Below are positions 13,622 through 26,025 of a DNA stretch of 64,000 nucleotides, in pieces. The DNA comes from Paragordius varius (lineage: Eukaryota > Animalia > Nematomorpha), in NCBI GenBank assembly GCA_964247055.1, contig OZ176055.1, forward strand, positions 2,294,001 through 2,358,000. Reading direction: 5' to 3'. The notes beneath the pieces were generated by a model that was not told where the DNA came from, searched no databases, and saw only the letters and a program-made list of their open reading frames with translations. Made by a program: the position numbers and the translations under genes. The first letter of the stretch is position 1. The number at the start of each line of letters is the position of its first letter.

Positions 13622-14079
13622 TTTTAAATTATAAATATTATACGTTAATTCCGCTTCCATGTAAATTATCAAAAAATTTCTTTTTTTATTGAGCCTTTCA
13701 ACTAAACATTAGATAATTTTTAACCGCGGATATATTGGGTAAACTTTGTTGGAGAATATAATAAAATCTCTTTAAAATGATAGCGAATGTAATTTATAAA
13801 ATTTCACCACAAAGTGCCATTTTTTAGCTCTGTAAGTCCTTTAACGACTTTGTCATATTTAAGTTTTCGTTGCGTTTGTTATCCTTATGAATAACGGTTT
13901 TTCTCTATCGTATTGAATTTTATTCGACCATATGTGGTACAGAAATGCCAATCCAATAGAAGGAAAATCAATATATTTTTTATATCTGTTACCCACTATA
14001 ACGATATTCATTATCCTTAAGCTTTTAGCTATTAAATGATATATATTTGATTCTCATTTTTCCGTACAATCATATAGAC

Positions 14080-14290
14080 CAGGGGTTGCCAACGCAGGCT
14101 AATTTGATAAAAATCTGGGCATTTATAAATAATATATTTTAAATATAAGAATGCAAAATACCAACGTAATATTTCAATTTTTTCTAGATCTTGCCAAACG
14201 GATAGATATATTTAGATTTTTTTAATAAATATAAATTTTGCTCATATTTTGTATTTTTGGCCGCACATAAAGTATCGGAAGGCTGCGTAG
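14080..14290 (+). mobile_element. Truncated hAT-type MITE, left end only
   Basis: Starts CAGGGGTTGCCAAC, similar to the TIR at 10890, and has the ggccgca subterminal motif. No right end found. Confidence 0.45.
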
Positions 14291-15258
14291 ACTAAAATTT
14301 TTGCCTTTTAACAGGCAATACGAAAAATCATTCTCGAATTTTTACGGTCTCATACCTAGGGCGAAAAATACAATCAAAAAATTATTTTTGTGGACTTTTT
14401 TTTGAAAAAAATGGCATTTTACGGGGGTAGCGGGTAAAAAGAGGGTCTAAATCAAAAAAGTGAGTCGGCTATGTTCAGCGCGATCAAAAATAAGTAAACA
14501 AAAATCAAATTTGAAATTGAATGGTCCAACACGTTCTCCAAAAAATTGGCTTAACCCATTTTTCACACGGGGTAGGCCCTAACTGGGGACCTAATTCCAA
14601 AAAAGGGCGAAGCTATTGTCGGGGCATTCATTAATGATTAAATTTTTTCGATGTTTGGATTTGAATGGGTTCACCGGTTTTCCGGAAACAGATCACAAAG
14701 TTACATGAGAAATCAGTTTTTAGCGGGTAGCTCCTTACCCAGCAGCTATCATCAAAGAAACGCTTGACTAAAATTTTTGCCTTTTAACAGGGAATACGTG
14801 GAATCCATATTGAATTTTTACGGTCTCATACCTAGGGCGAAAAATAGATTTAAAAAACTATTTTTGTGGACTTTGTTTTTTGAAAAAAATGGCATTTTAC
14901 GGGGGGGGGGGGGGGGGGGCGGGTAAAAAGAGGGCCTAAATCAAAAAAGTGACTTGACTATGTTCGGCGCAATCGAAAATAAGTAAACAAAAATCATATT
15001 TGAAATAGAATGGACCAACACGTTCTCCAGAAAATTGTCTCAAAGAAACGATTTTTGTGGACTTCTGTTTTTATAAAAAAACCCGTTTTTCACACGGGGT
15101 GGGCCCGAACTGGGGGCCTATTTCAAAAAAAGGGCGAAGCTATTGTCGGGGCATTCATTAATGATTATATTTTTTCGAAGTTTGGATTTGAATGAATCTA
15201 CCGGTTCTCCTGTACCAGATCACAAAGCCAGCATTTTCCATTTTTATAAATATATAGA
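14291..15258 (-). mobile_element. Helitron 5' portion (two internal units), no 3' terminus
   Basis: Highly similar to 2975-3934. 5' end A|TCTATATATTTATAAAAATGG at 15258. No hairpin or CTAG end. Confidence 0.8.
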
Positions 15259-16199
15259 TAACAAATTAAAAGACCGATAAAACCATTAATGTTTATATGT
15301 ATGCAGTTTCTTGATGCGCCTTTCTACTTCAACGTAACAAAAAACTCTTTGGATTCATGCACTGCTTGTGTTTTCCCAATTTTCAATAAAGTCAACAAAA
15401 GTATTTATGCTTTCAAATAAATATATATCTATCTACAAATAGTTATGTTATGGCCTTACAGATTTAAAAGCTTGAAAGATGTGAAACCCAAAACTATTCA
15501 TATATTGCCAGTAGATAAATTCTATTATTCCCGTAAAAGTATGTGAAAGATATGTTTAATAAATTAAATTGTTTTCATGAGGCTTTTTTAATAAGTATTG
15601 CATTTAGTTGGGTATAAATAAGAATAATTGTTAGAATTATTTCCAATATAGCTTCCATTTACCCCAATATGTTTTCATATTGTGTACAATGAATATATAC
15701 CTAATATAGTATATAAGTAAAAATACCCCCTATTTTTTATTGTTAAATGGCATTTACAGTATGCATTTTAATGTATATCAAGTAATTTTATTGCCTGACA
15801 AATAACATAAATGGTTTATCAAATGCGTAAAATACTGACCCACAAAACTATTTTGGACTACACATATAAAAGAGGATTGACGTGAGAATTAACATATGCT
15901 TTAATTTGATTGATATTTTGTAATGTTTAATTTTAAGAATATTATAGCAATTTATATGTTAATATTTGAAATATTATTGTTACGTATTTAGATGCGAAAT
16001 TTTGTGGGTTTTTATCTTTAATAAATTAATTATTTGTAAAATAGGTATTTTAAATTATTTATGTTAATTATTCTTAATTGAATTTAATAATACATAAACA
16101 ACATAATAAATACCTGTATTAATCAGAATTAGTATTATTATTTTATATAGTTGTTATATTAAAAGACACGGGTAAATATATATTTGAAATTAAAGTAGA

Positions 16200-16830
16200 T
16201 TTTAGATTGTTTTTGTTTTTTATTTAACCTCGTTAATTGTAATTAAGTACTACATAAATTTAATTTTTTTTATTTAACATTGTAATTTGTAATTAATTAC
16301 TACATATTTTGTTTGTTTTTTGATTTAACATTGTAATTAATTACTACATATTTTGGACAATTTAATAATTACAGGTAAAAATTGCGATTTTTAATAAATT
16401 CGGTAAAAATATTTTTTTTGTTTTTTATTTAACATGGTTAATTGTAATTAATTACTACATATTTTGGACATTTTAATAAATACAGGTAAAAATTGTGATT
16501 TTTAATAAATTTAGTAAAAATTTAACATTTTTTGTATTTTGTATCATTGTTATTTGTTATTAATTACTAAATATTTTGGAAATTTAAAAAACAGGTGAAA
16601 ATTGCGGTTTTTAAATAAAATAAATATTTTTAATTTTTTGCTCAAACTTGCTAATTTATTAAATATATTTTTGATACATTGATATATACAGGTAAAAATT
16701 ACTATGATTTGCGGTTTTTTAATTTTAAAGAAAATTATTTTTTTTGTTTTACATTGATAACTAATATATTTAAAGTTAACATATCTGAGCATACAGGTAA
16801 AAATGCATGTTGCGGTTTTAGGTTTGACAT
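16200..16830. repeat. Degenerate tandem repeat (minisatellite-like)
   Basis: Recurrent motifs ttgtaattaattactacatattttg and tacaggtaaaaattgcgattttt at roughly 110-120 bp spacing. Confidence 0.65.
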
Positions 16831-17704
16831 TTTATTTTTCAAATCCGAGTATGCATATTTTAACAAACACCTTATGTCACCGATCAAGATATATAAAACA
16901 TCTTTTAAAGTTCTGAATATCGCCAAATATAAATACATTTATTTAAATTATAAATGTATAATTCTACAAAATATTCATATTATGTTAAAAATTAGCATTC
17001 TTCTTATTGATATTAATCAGGTAATTTGTTTTTAATATTGATATACGATGCGGTGTGCGTTCATGATGATCATATCTTAGATTGAAGAATATCATGAGAT
17101 AAAAAATAATTAAATGCAATAATCCTGAAAATTTCAATCACCATCATTTTCTGGGTAGTTTCTATCAACAAAAATATAATATATAAAGGTATTTATTAAT
17201 ATATTAGAAAATTGATACCTGGATTCTAGAATTATTTTCAATATATTTAATATTGGGGGCTAAAACGTTCAAAGTTTGAAAGGAAACTAAATAAGTGACT
17301 AGGATTTTAACAACTAATTTTGCAAAAAAAATATTTTCTTCATGATAAAAAATTCAAAAATGATACTTTATGTTTTTGCGTTTTCTTTATACTATCCTAA
17401 ACTATAAATATGAAAAACTATTCTTTAATGGATAGTTTGTACAAAATTAAACATTGGTATATATATAAAAAGTACGCATTTTTTTACGATAAAAAAAATG
17501 TAAAAATAAGTGAAATATAATTTCCCAGATATTTTATAAGAAAAATGTTAAATTTTTATTTCAATATTTTCCACAATGATGATTTCTTAAATTTGCAACA
17601 AAAATAAAAAAATCTAACATTAGCATATATTTAACTTAAGTATTTTTTTAACATACATTAACATATCTATTTATCGTATTAGTAGCGTATGGAGTAAAAG
17701 ATTG

Positions 17705-17925
17705 GTGGTTGGTTGTTCCTAAGTCGTAACCGACTTTTTGGATATAGTTTTCACTATTGCTTTTTACTTCCTTCTATCATTTACCGCTACATTAAGATCG
17801 TTCAATGTCATCTTAGTATCCTCTTTTATCATATCCAACTACCTCATCTGTGGTCGACCTAGGTTCCTTTGTCCTTCTACCTTCCCAAACATTGTGTCCT
17901 CTAGAGAATTCGATCGAGACCAAAC
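17705..17925 (-). mobile_element. 3' end of an RTE-clade LINE (5'-truncated insertion; its remainder is at 21926-22008)
   Basis: Reverse complement of about 21705-21925, including the (AACC)n tail. 13-bp TSD GAGTAAAAGATTG at 17692-17704 and 22009-22021. Confidence 0.85.
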
Positions 17926-19109
17926 ACGCATTAAATCATGTGATTAAAAGCGGCAAGACATTCAACGATAACTAATATCAAAGGATGATATAAAATCAGG
18001 TGGGAATTCAAATTTAAAACTCAACGCCTGATGAGCGAACGCCAAAATTATGACCGTCTGCCTTTTGAATAGGAGAAGAACATACCAAAGCCATCAAATA
18101 CATTTTTTATATTTTTACTTTAAGAATATGGGTGATTCTTCATTTGAAAAGAGTGCAATCTAAGGAGGCTTATTACCTGATGAAGTTTTACGGTACTCGT
18201 AAATGAATCCTTTTATAATAAAAGTTGAGTCACCCGTAAAACTTCAGTTGTTTAGGGGAACAGTACCTATGCCACAGGAAAATCAAAGATAAGTACCTTT
18301 TTATACTAAATTATTTATTTAATAATTTTTTAACCACATATTCTTATAAATTTTATTTAAATTATTATTGTTTTTTGTCGTTAACGTTTTATTTTATTAA
18401 AACTATTGTCGCTTATCAACAACTCTATTAATATCAAACCTATGTTCCAAAAATCAAACAATAATGTCCTTTCCAAAGCGCAGGTTATGTACGGTATTTT
18501 TTTTTAATTCCTTTTTATTTCTAATATAATAATTTAATAACACTAACTTACAGTAAAAAATTTATCATAATAATATTTAATATATATATATATATATATA
18601 AACATTTGCAATCATAAAAATTTTATTAGAAAAAGTTTTAAAAGGTTTTTTCCAAATACTTATATAGCTCACGGTACTCTGACAATTGGTTCACCAATTG
18701 TACAAAGGGGTGTACCCCGTGCTATTGTCATTGTCAACATCAAAGGATAGTAACATTTTACATTATTATATACTATAAATATATTTAAAAATGTGTTTTT
18801 TGTAATTATTATTTTTTTTGTTTTGCAAAGTTTTTTTTATTTTAACTATATAATTAAAAGAGTAACATAATTCATCAAAAATCATTGTTATACATATTCT
18901 CATTTTTTTTCTAGTTCTTGGTTTTTTTTATTACTTTTACTAGCCTATCCATAATTCTTATTTGTAATATTAAGCTTACACAACAATATTGCGATACAAA
19001 GTGAAATATTAATATTCATAATTTATCAAAATTGACTATATTATAAAGTTTAATTTTTAAGTAGAATTTATTTTTTTATCCTAGATATTTATTTATTTTT
19101 GTAAAGAGG

Positions 19110-21925
19110 GTAAGTGAGAGGGAAGGCAATGGCAAACCACCCTTGTTTTATTAACTGCCAAAAATAGTTTTATATGCAATTGACGCACCCTTTCAAAGTT
19201 GGGTGCTGGAACGTACGTTCATTAACAGAAACCAAACAGGTTATAATTGAAAGGGAAATGGAAAGATTGAGCTTAGATACATTGGGTCTAACGGAAACTA
19301 AGCAAAAAGGTAGCGCGAAAGCACAAAACGAAAATACATTGTTAAGATCGGGAAGAGATGACTAGAAATCAGAAGGCGTTACAGTAAATATAAAAAACAA
19401 ATTAAATAAAAGTCTCATTAGTTATACACTACATACACCCAGAATCATGAGTATTAGCCTGAATGCTAAGCCACTTAAATTTACATATATAGTAGTCTAT
19501 ACTCCTACGTCAAACGCTCCCAAAGAAGACATAGAGAATTTTTATGCAAAGCTGCAAATAGTTTTGAATGAAACGAAGAAAGGAGATATGATTATCATAG
19601 GAAGTGATTGGAACAGCAAAGTTGGTAGAGGTAGAGTAGATCAAATAGTCGGCCCATATGGATTGGGAGAACGAAACGAGGCTGGGGATGCACTGAGCAA
19701 TTTTTGCCAGGAAAATGAGATGATGATAACTAACACAAGATTTCCACAACACTATAGGAGGTTATACACATGGACCTCTCCATGTGGTAAATATAAGAAC
19801 CAAATCGATTACATAATATGTCCACAAAAATGGAAAAGCTCTATACTCGACACCAAAACAAGCAAAGCAGCCATTGCTCTAGCGATCATGAACTTTTAGT
19901 AACCAAAACAAAACTTAAAATAATTAAAAATAAGGTTAAACAGACTTACAGATATGACACTCGGATCATTCCAAATGGTTTTGGAACAAAAACAAAAGAT
20001 AGATTAGAAAGATTGGACAATAAATGTAGCTCAGAACAATTATGGGGAATGATAAAAAATGTTATAAATGAAGTGGCAAAAGATAAAGTGCAGATTGTAA
20101 AGAGGAAAGATAATAAATGGATATCAGAAAAGAGTTTAGAGATAGCAAAATAGCGGAGAAAAGCAAAATCAAGAGGTGATAATAAAATGGTTAAATTATA
20201 TAACAAAGAATTTCAGCGACAAACAAGAAAGATTTATGAAGAATTTTTTACAATGTCTGGAAGTGGAATTAAATAACAAAAAAGGTTTAATGCAACCAAT
20301 GTTCCAGAAACTGAAGCAAAATACTCACAAACCATATATATCATCCCAAAAGATTAAAAAAGAAACTGGCGAAATACGAGAAAGATGGAAGGAATACATT
20401 CAAAATCTCTATCAGGCCCCTTAAGCAAAAGTGTTGCAATTAAAAGAGGAAGAACGTGATCCAGATATACTAGCAGAGGAGGTTGAATTACCCATAAAAC
20501 AAATTCCTAACAACAAAGCGATGGGATTAGACAATACCCCAAAAGAATTCATAAAAACTATTCCTGTAGAAACGTTACACAAATTATGCCAAAAGGTGTC
20601 GGAAACATGTGAGTGGCCAAACCTGTATTTCCAATATACAAAAATGGTGATGTACTCCAGTGCGAAAACTACCGAAACATAGCTCTTATTAGCCACGCTA
20701 GTAAGGACTTGCTAAAAAAATACAAAACAGGATGCACAGTATCATACAGTCAGAAATACCAGAAAATCAAGCCGGATTTATGAAGGGAAAAAAGACCATA
20801 TATCAAACATGAAAAGGATAATGGAAACATCTAGATTAGAAAGTATTATACATGTGTTTTTTTATTACAGACAAGCCTTCGATTCGATTAATTATGACTC
20901 CTTGTGGGAAACTTAAAGTTAATAGGGGTATCGTCCCACTTAATAAGATTGATTAGCTCTCTCTATGTAAAACAAAGAGCGATTATTAGAACATCAGCGG
21001 GGGGCACAGACGAAATACCTATCTTGAAAGGAGTCAGGCAAGGGTGTTGCTTATCCCCTTATCTGTACAATATGTGCACAGAAATGATAATGAGGAAGTT
21101 AGATGGTAAAAATATTGGAGTAAGAATAGGAGGGAAAACAATCAATAATTTAGGTTTGCAGACGATATCACTCTTATAGCTGAGAGTATAAATGATTTAA
21201 AGGAATTGATCGAAGAGATTCGAAAGGAAAGTTTGAGTTATGGTCTTATGCTTAACACAAAACCAAAATATTATGTACTGGAGAAAAGCCTGCAATTATA
21301 TTAGAAAGGAGTAGAAATATAAATAGTTAAACAGTTAACGTTTTTGAGCGCAGTAATTTCAAAGGATGGGTCTTCAACTCCTGACATCAGAAAGAGAATA
21401 GGATTGGGTAAAGAAGCGATGACCAAATTAATAAAGATTTGGAAAACCAAAAGTGTAGGAGTTGAAACCAAAAAAAGATTACTCTACTGTCTCGTTCTCC
21501 CGGTCACCACATAGGGATGTGAGAGCTGGACTCTCAGAAAAAGAGACAAAGAAAGGATTATGGCTTTCGAAAGGAGCTGCTGGCGTAGGATGCTAGGATA
21601 CACCTGAAAGGATAAAATTAAGAATGGAAATCTAACAACAGAAATAAAGCCTAAAACAAACCTGGAGATAATTCTAAAAAGAAAGTTAACATATTTGTCA
21701 TATCATGCGATCGAATTCTCTATAGAAAGATACAATGTTTGGGAAGGTAGAAGGACAAAGGAAACGAGGCAACCACCGATGAGGTGGTTGGATATGATAA
21801 AAGAGGAGACTTAAATGATATTGAACGATCTCAATGTAGCGGTAAAAGATAGAAGAAAGTGGAAAGAAATAGTAAAAACTATATCCAAAAAGTCGTTTAC
21901 GACTTAGGAATAACCAACCAACCAC
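19110..21925 (+). mobile_element. RTE-clade non-LTR retrotransposon, full length but decayed (endonuclease plus reverse transcriptase)
   Basis: Endonuclease motifs GCWNVRSL, VYTPTS, GSDWNSKVG and NQIDYI. RT motifs KGVRQGCCLSPYL and the FADD-equivalent region. 5' motif GGAAGGCAATGGCAAACCAC and (AACC)n 3' tail. Many stops and frameshifts. Confidence 0.9.
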
Positions 21926-22828
21926 ATGTAATTAGATTTCCATTTGTATTTTATCCTTCTAGGTATATCCTAGCATCCTACGCCAGCAGCTCCTTTCAAA
22001 GGCCATGAGAGTAAAAGATTGTTAGTGCAAAATAGAACAAATTTCTTTTAAAAAAAAACAGGGGGATATTATACAAAATTAGGGGACAATCTTGGTATAT
22101 GTAAAATGTGCGCGTTTGATTCTTTAAATTGCGATAGAAAAATGTGAAAATAATAGCGAAACATAATTTCCCAGATTACTAAAAATATGAAAATTTTATT
22201 TCATGGTATTAATTAGGTAAATAACATAAGCGTATGGTTAACACTAGATTATAATAATACGATAAAATAGAGATATATGTTATTGTATGCTTAAAAGTAT
22301 TTAAGTTATTTATAAATATATGCTAATGTTAATGTTATGGTCTGTATTTAATAAAAATATTGTATTAACATACTAGCAACAATTATAATGTTTAATTTAT
22401 AGATTATATTTTCGTAACTTATAACCAAATTTAAATAAATGATAAAGCTCCAGTTAATAATAAATGAAATGGAAAACCAAATTTTTTATAAAAGGATAAC
22501 ATAAAAATTGTAACAATATAGTATTGTAATGGTTATAAAATCTTTTTGCAATATTGCGTTAATATTTGTAGCATATATTTATGAATATAAATATTTTTTT
22601 AGGCATACATTCACATACATCTCAATTGTATCGTATTATACTCTATTGTCTATCGTATTATACTTAGGGTGACCAGACGTCCCGCTTTTTCACGATTATA
22701 TTAAAAAAAAAATTTTTTAATATATTTAAATTTTTTTATTAGTTATCTTTAAAACCTATATCAATTTTGAATTGATTTTTTATATTATTAAAAACATTTA
22801 ATTTTTTCGAATTCATAATATATGATTA

Positions 22829-23938
22829 CACTGCTCAACAAGGTTTTGCACCACCCCATTATTTTTGCATTTTTTGATACCTAATGGCATGGATAGGCCA
22901 AAACAAAAAAGAAAATTGAGGCCACCAATAGGATTTTTCCAAAATTTAATTTTTAAATTTGTATTTAATTCAAAAATAACAATCATTCCTCGTGTACCTA
23001 TGTTTAAATATTCAAACAAGCAAGTCGATACAAGTAATTTTTCATGCATGGATAACAAATTCTAGGCATTAAATAAGATACTAAACAAGCTAAGAGCCAA
23101 AGTATTAAAAATCTAAAAGGACTTATGTATAGTGTGATAGATCCGGGCGGCTGCACAAGCTCTGCATATCCCCCAAGCGATCCTATAATTATGCCAGATG
23201 TGGCAAAGATAACAATAAGTAATCGTAAAGTCCGATAAGAGAGACTTGCAAGCAAAATCCAGGCAAATTGACATGTCAAATTAACTATTACAGAATAAAG
23301 TTAGATAAATACAATTAAATTGAATATAAATTAGGTAAATACAAATGGTCCAACCCCATAACAGTAAAATCTACTAAAAGTGGCTACACAACATCCATCT
23401 GAAATTCAAAATACAAAACAACCAATAATTTTAAAAAAATAAGGTATATCCACTAGGTATAAATAAAGGATTTTTTATAAGAACCAACTCAAGAGAAAAA
23501 GTTTAATAAGTACTCGAAAGATCGAAAACTAACAAAAAATATAGCCTATCTGAAAGCCGAAGGTTTAAACCATAGAATGCCTTTTTTAGTATTTTTTAAA
23601 AAATTTTATATGTGTTAAAAATTCACTTGAAAAAAAAGACTAAATTTTGACGTTTAGGTCCGTACTATTTTTTTCTCTCTGATATTTAAATGACATATAA
23701 AACGCTTTATTAAATGATATTAAGTTTATAATATAATAACATTTTATTATAAAGTTATATTTAATTTTCTTTCGATTTTCACTTGTTTTTGAAAAATTGA
23801 AAAACCTATAAAATTTCCAAATTCTGATTGGCGGGATCAAAATTTATTTCAAATTCGGTTTTAAAACACTGAAATTAGTCATAAATTAAAATGTTTGAGT
23901 GGTTGGTGCATAAAAATGTCCAAATTTGTCGACTAGTG
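22829..23938. mobile_element. 1.1-kb non-autonomous DNA element (CAC termini, TTA/TA flanks), copy 1
   Basis: TTA|CACTGCTCAACAA ... TTGTCGACTAGTG|TTA. Colinear, closely similar copy at 57966-59101. Inserted inside the hAT at 22665. Confidence 0.8.
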
Positions 23939-23964
23939 TTATACACTTAGCTTCCTACTCCTAC

Positions 23965-24285
23965 TGCCAACATTATCAAAAGGACAAATTAATACCACAA
24001 ATCGGTAGCTTATACGTTTACTCCAAAAAATTAAGGTAATAAAATATTTTTTATACTAATATTTTAGTTATATTACATGCCAACATTATCAAAAAGCAAA
24101 TTAGTACCTTAAATCGGTAGATACGTTTATTCCAGAAAATTAAGGTAATAAAATATTTTTTATGCTAATATTTTAGTTATATTACATGCCAACATTAACA
24201 AAGAGCAAATTAATACCACAAATCGATAGCTTATACGTATACTCCAGAAAATCAAGGTAAATATTTTTTTATACTAATATTAGTT
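23965..24285. repeat. Tandem repeat, 3 x about 105-110 bp
   Basis: The unit tgccaacattatcaaa...aaggtaataaaatattttttat..taatatt is repeated three times just upstream of the hAT transposase. Confidence 0.85.
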
Positions 24286-24292
24286 TAAAAAT

Positions 24293-26025
24293 ATGAGTAC
24301 AAAAAGAGGTTGTAAATTCAACGATGAATTAATAAAAGAATATCTATCAAAAAAACGAAGAATTCATTTGTTAAATGTTCTTTATACAAGGGGAATTCAC
24401 CTAGGACAAGGCGGCAAGTATGATATTACAAAGCTTATGGAAACACAGAAACATAAAAATTGTTTAGATATGGCGGCATCATTTTACAAAATGAGCGATT
24501 TTTATCGAAAAACCGCTTTTGGAGAGGAAGAAAAAAATTTGGCACCATCCGAAAGTGTTTTATCTTTTCACGCCGTTAATCACAATGATTCCTAAAGATC
24601 TATGGATTTCACAGGTTCGTACCTTATTGAATAAAAAATTTACATGAGCCCGTACGAAGCCATTGTATGCAATGTCCTTTCGCCACATGCATTTTCTGAA
24701 ATACAAAAAAATTTGCTAAAAATTAATTTCATACCGCTATATTCTGATGCATCAAATCACAAGGAAACAAAATTATTTCCCACTTTAATAAGATATTTTA
24801 ATCCAGAAATTTTGGATTTTATTTGTCTATCAGATGAAATTCCGTCTAATTTTTATCAATAATCAATATTCTAGAAAAAAATAATTTAAAAGACAATATC
24901 ATCGCATATTGCGCTGACAACACCAATACGAACTTCGGTAAAAAAGCAAGAAGGGGAACAAAAAATATTTTTCATAAATTAACACATAATCTTCATCAAA
25001 ACATTATTGGCATTGGGTGTGCAGCGCATATAATGCACAACGCTATTCAACAGCTGCTGATTTGTTACCCCTAGATGTGGAAAATGTAGTTGTTAAAATG
25101 TATTCCTATTTTTTATAAACATGGTACGCGTTGAAACGCTTTAGGGAATCTGTGAAAATGCATAAGTTTAATATCAAAAAATGCTTGGATATTGTAAAAC
25201 TCGTTGGTTAGCTCTTCTGCTAGCTATCGAAAGAATTTTAAAAATGTATGATCCTTTAAAATCCAATTTTTTAACACACAAGTCCTAAAACTTTGGAAAA
25301 GTTTTTTGAAAGTGATTCCAAAAATATGGTTAGAGTTCCTACATAATCAAGCTTCTCTCTTTCAAAATGTTATTAAATGGATAGAAGGTAAAATTTCGGC
25401 AATCGAAGTAGCCAATGAAGTTAGTAACCTAAATCCAATGTCAAGAAAGGTTAGAAAATAATTTTATACCATTAACCATTATAAATATTTGGAAAAACAA
25501 GGCTTAATAAATCGCCTATATCCTGTACCGTATAAAAATGTTTTTTACAAACTGTAAAAATTATTTGGAGGACTAGACGGTATTCAATGAAATAGATTAT
25601 CATTGGATAACATTCAAACCAGAATTTAATTGGTGCGATGTTCAAAAATCATTTGATTATATCTGTTCCCACATATTCTCAAAAAGTAATCTTTCAGAAA
25701 ATGATCTTTTTTCTGAAGAATCATTAGTTAAAAGATATATTAATAATGAAAAACTTAAATTATGGACAACAAAATATACAGTAGAAAAGAAATGGTTGGA
25801 AATATTTTATTATTTTGAAACAAACTATGTTCCATACAACAATGTTTTAATAATTGTGGATTTTGCACTATCTTTACCTGAAACAAACGCTGCTACTGAG
25901 CGCGTTTTTTCCACAGTAAATCCGGTGTGGACATCGGAAAAATCAAATTTTGATAATGAAAATTGAAAGGTCATTTTATCTATCAAATATAATTTGACGA
26001 ATTCTTGTGAAGACTTTTATATTTA
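24293..26025 (+). pseudogene. hAT transposase pseudogene
   Basis: ORF fragments 24293-24595 and 24644-24862, plus downstream frame-shifted DDE motifs. Confidence 0.8.

Larger units (their letters stand above)
22665..26025 (+). mobile_element. Decayed hAT transposon (Blackjack/Tip100-type TIR), right end not found
   Basis: Left TIR TAGGGTGACCAGAC at 22665. Transposase fragments at 24293-26025 include YSDASNHK, AYCADNTNTNFG, GIGCAAH, KTRWLALL and NAATERVFS. Confidence 0.75.

Noticed and set aside
15300-15700. Minus-strand short frames joined by a 27-nt GTAAGG...TAG candidate intron
   Set aside because: No recognisable protein and no consistent start or acceptor. Such motifs arise easily in AT-rich DNA, so RNA data are needed.
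18020-18060. CTGATGA-GCGAACGC-CAAA resembling a hammerhead ribozyme core
   Set aside because: The required GAAA reads CAAA, and no stem I/III pairing could be found.
22813-23058. Similar minus-strand ORFs in both copies of the 1.1-kb element (also 57905-58207)
   Set aside because: They run through the TIR into unrelated flanks, so the similarity only reflects the DNA repeat.
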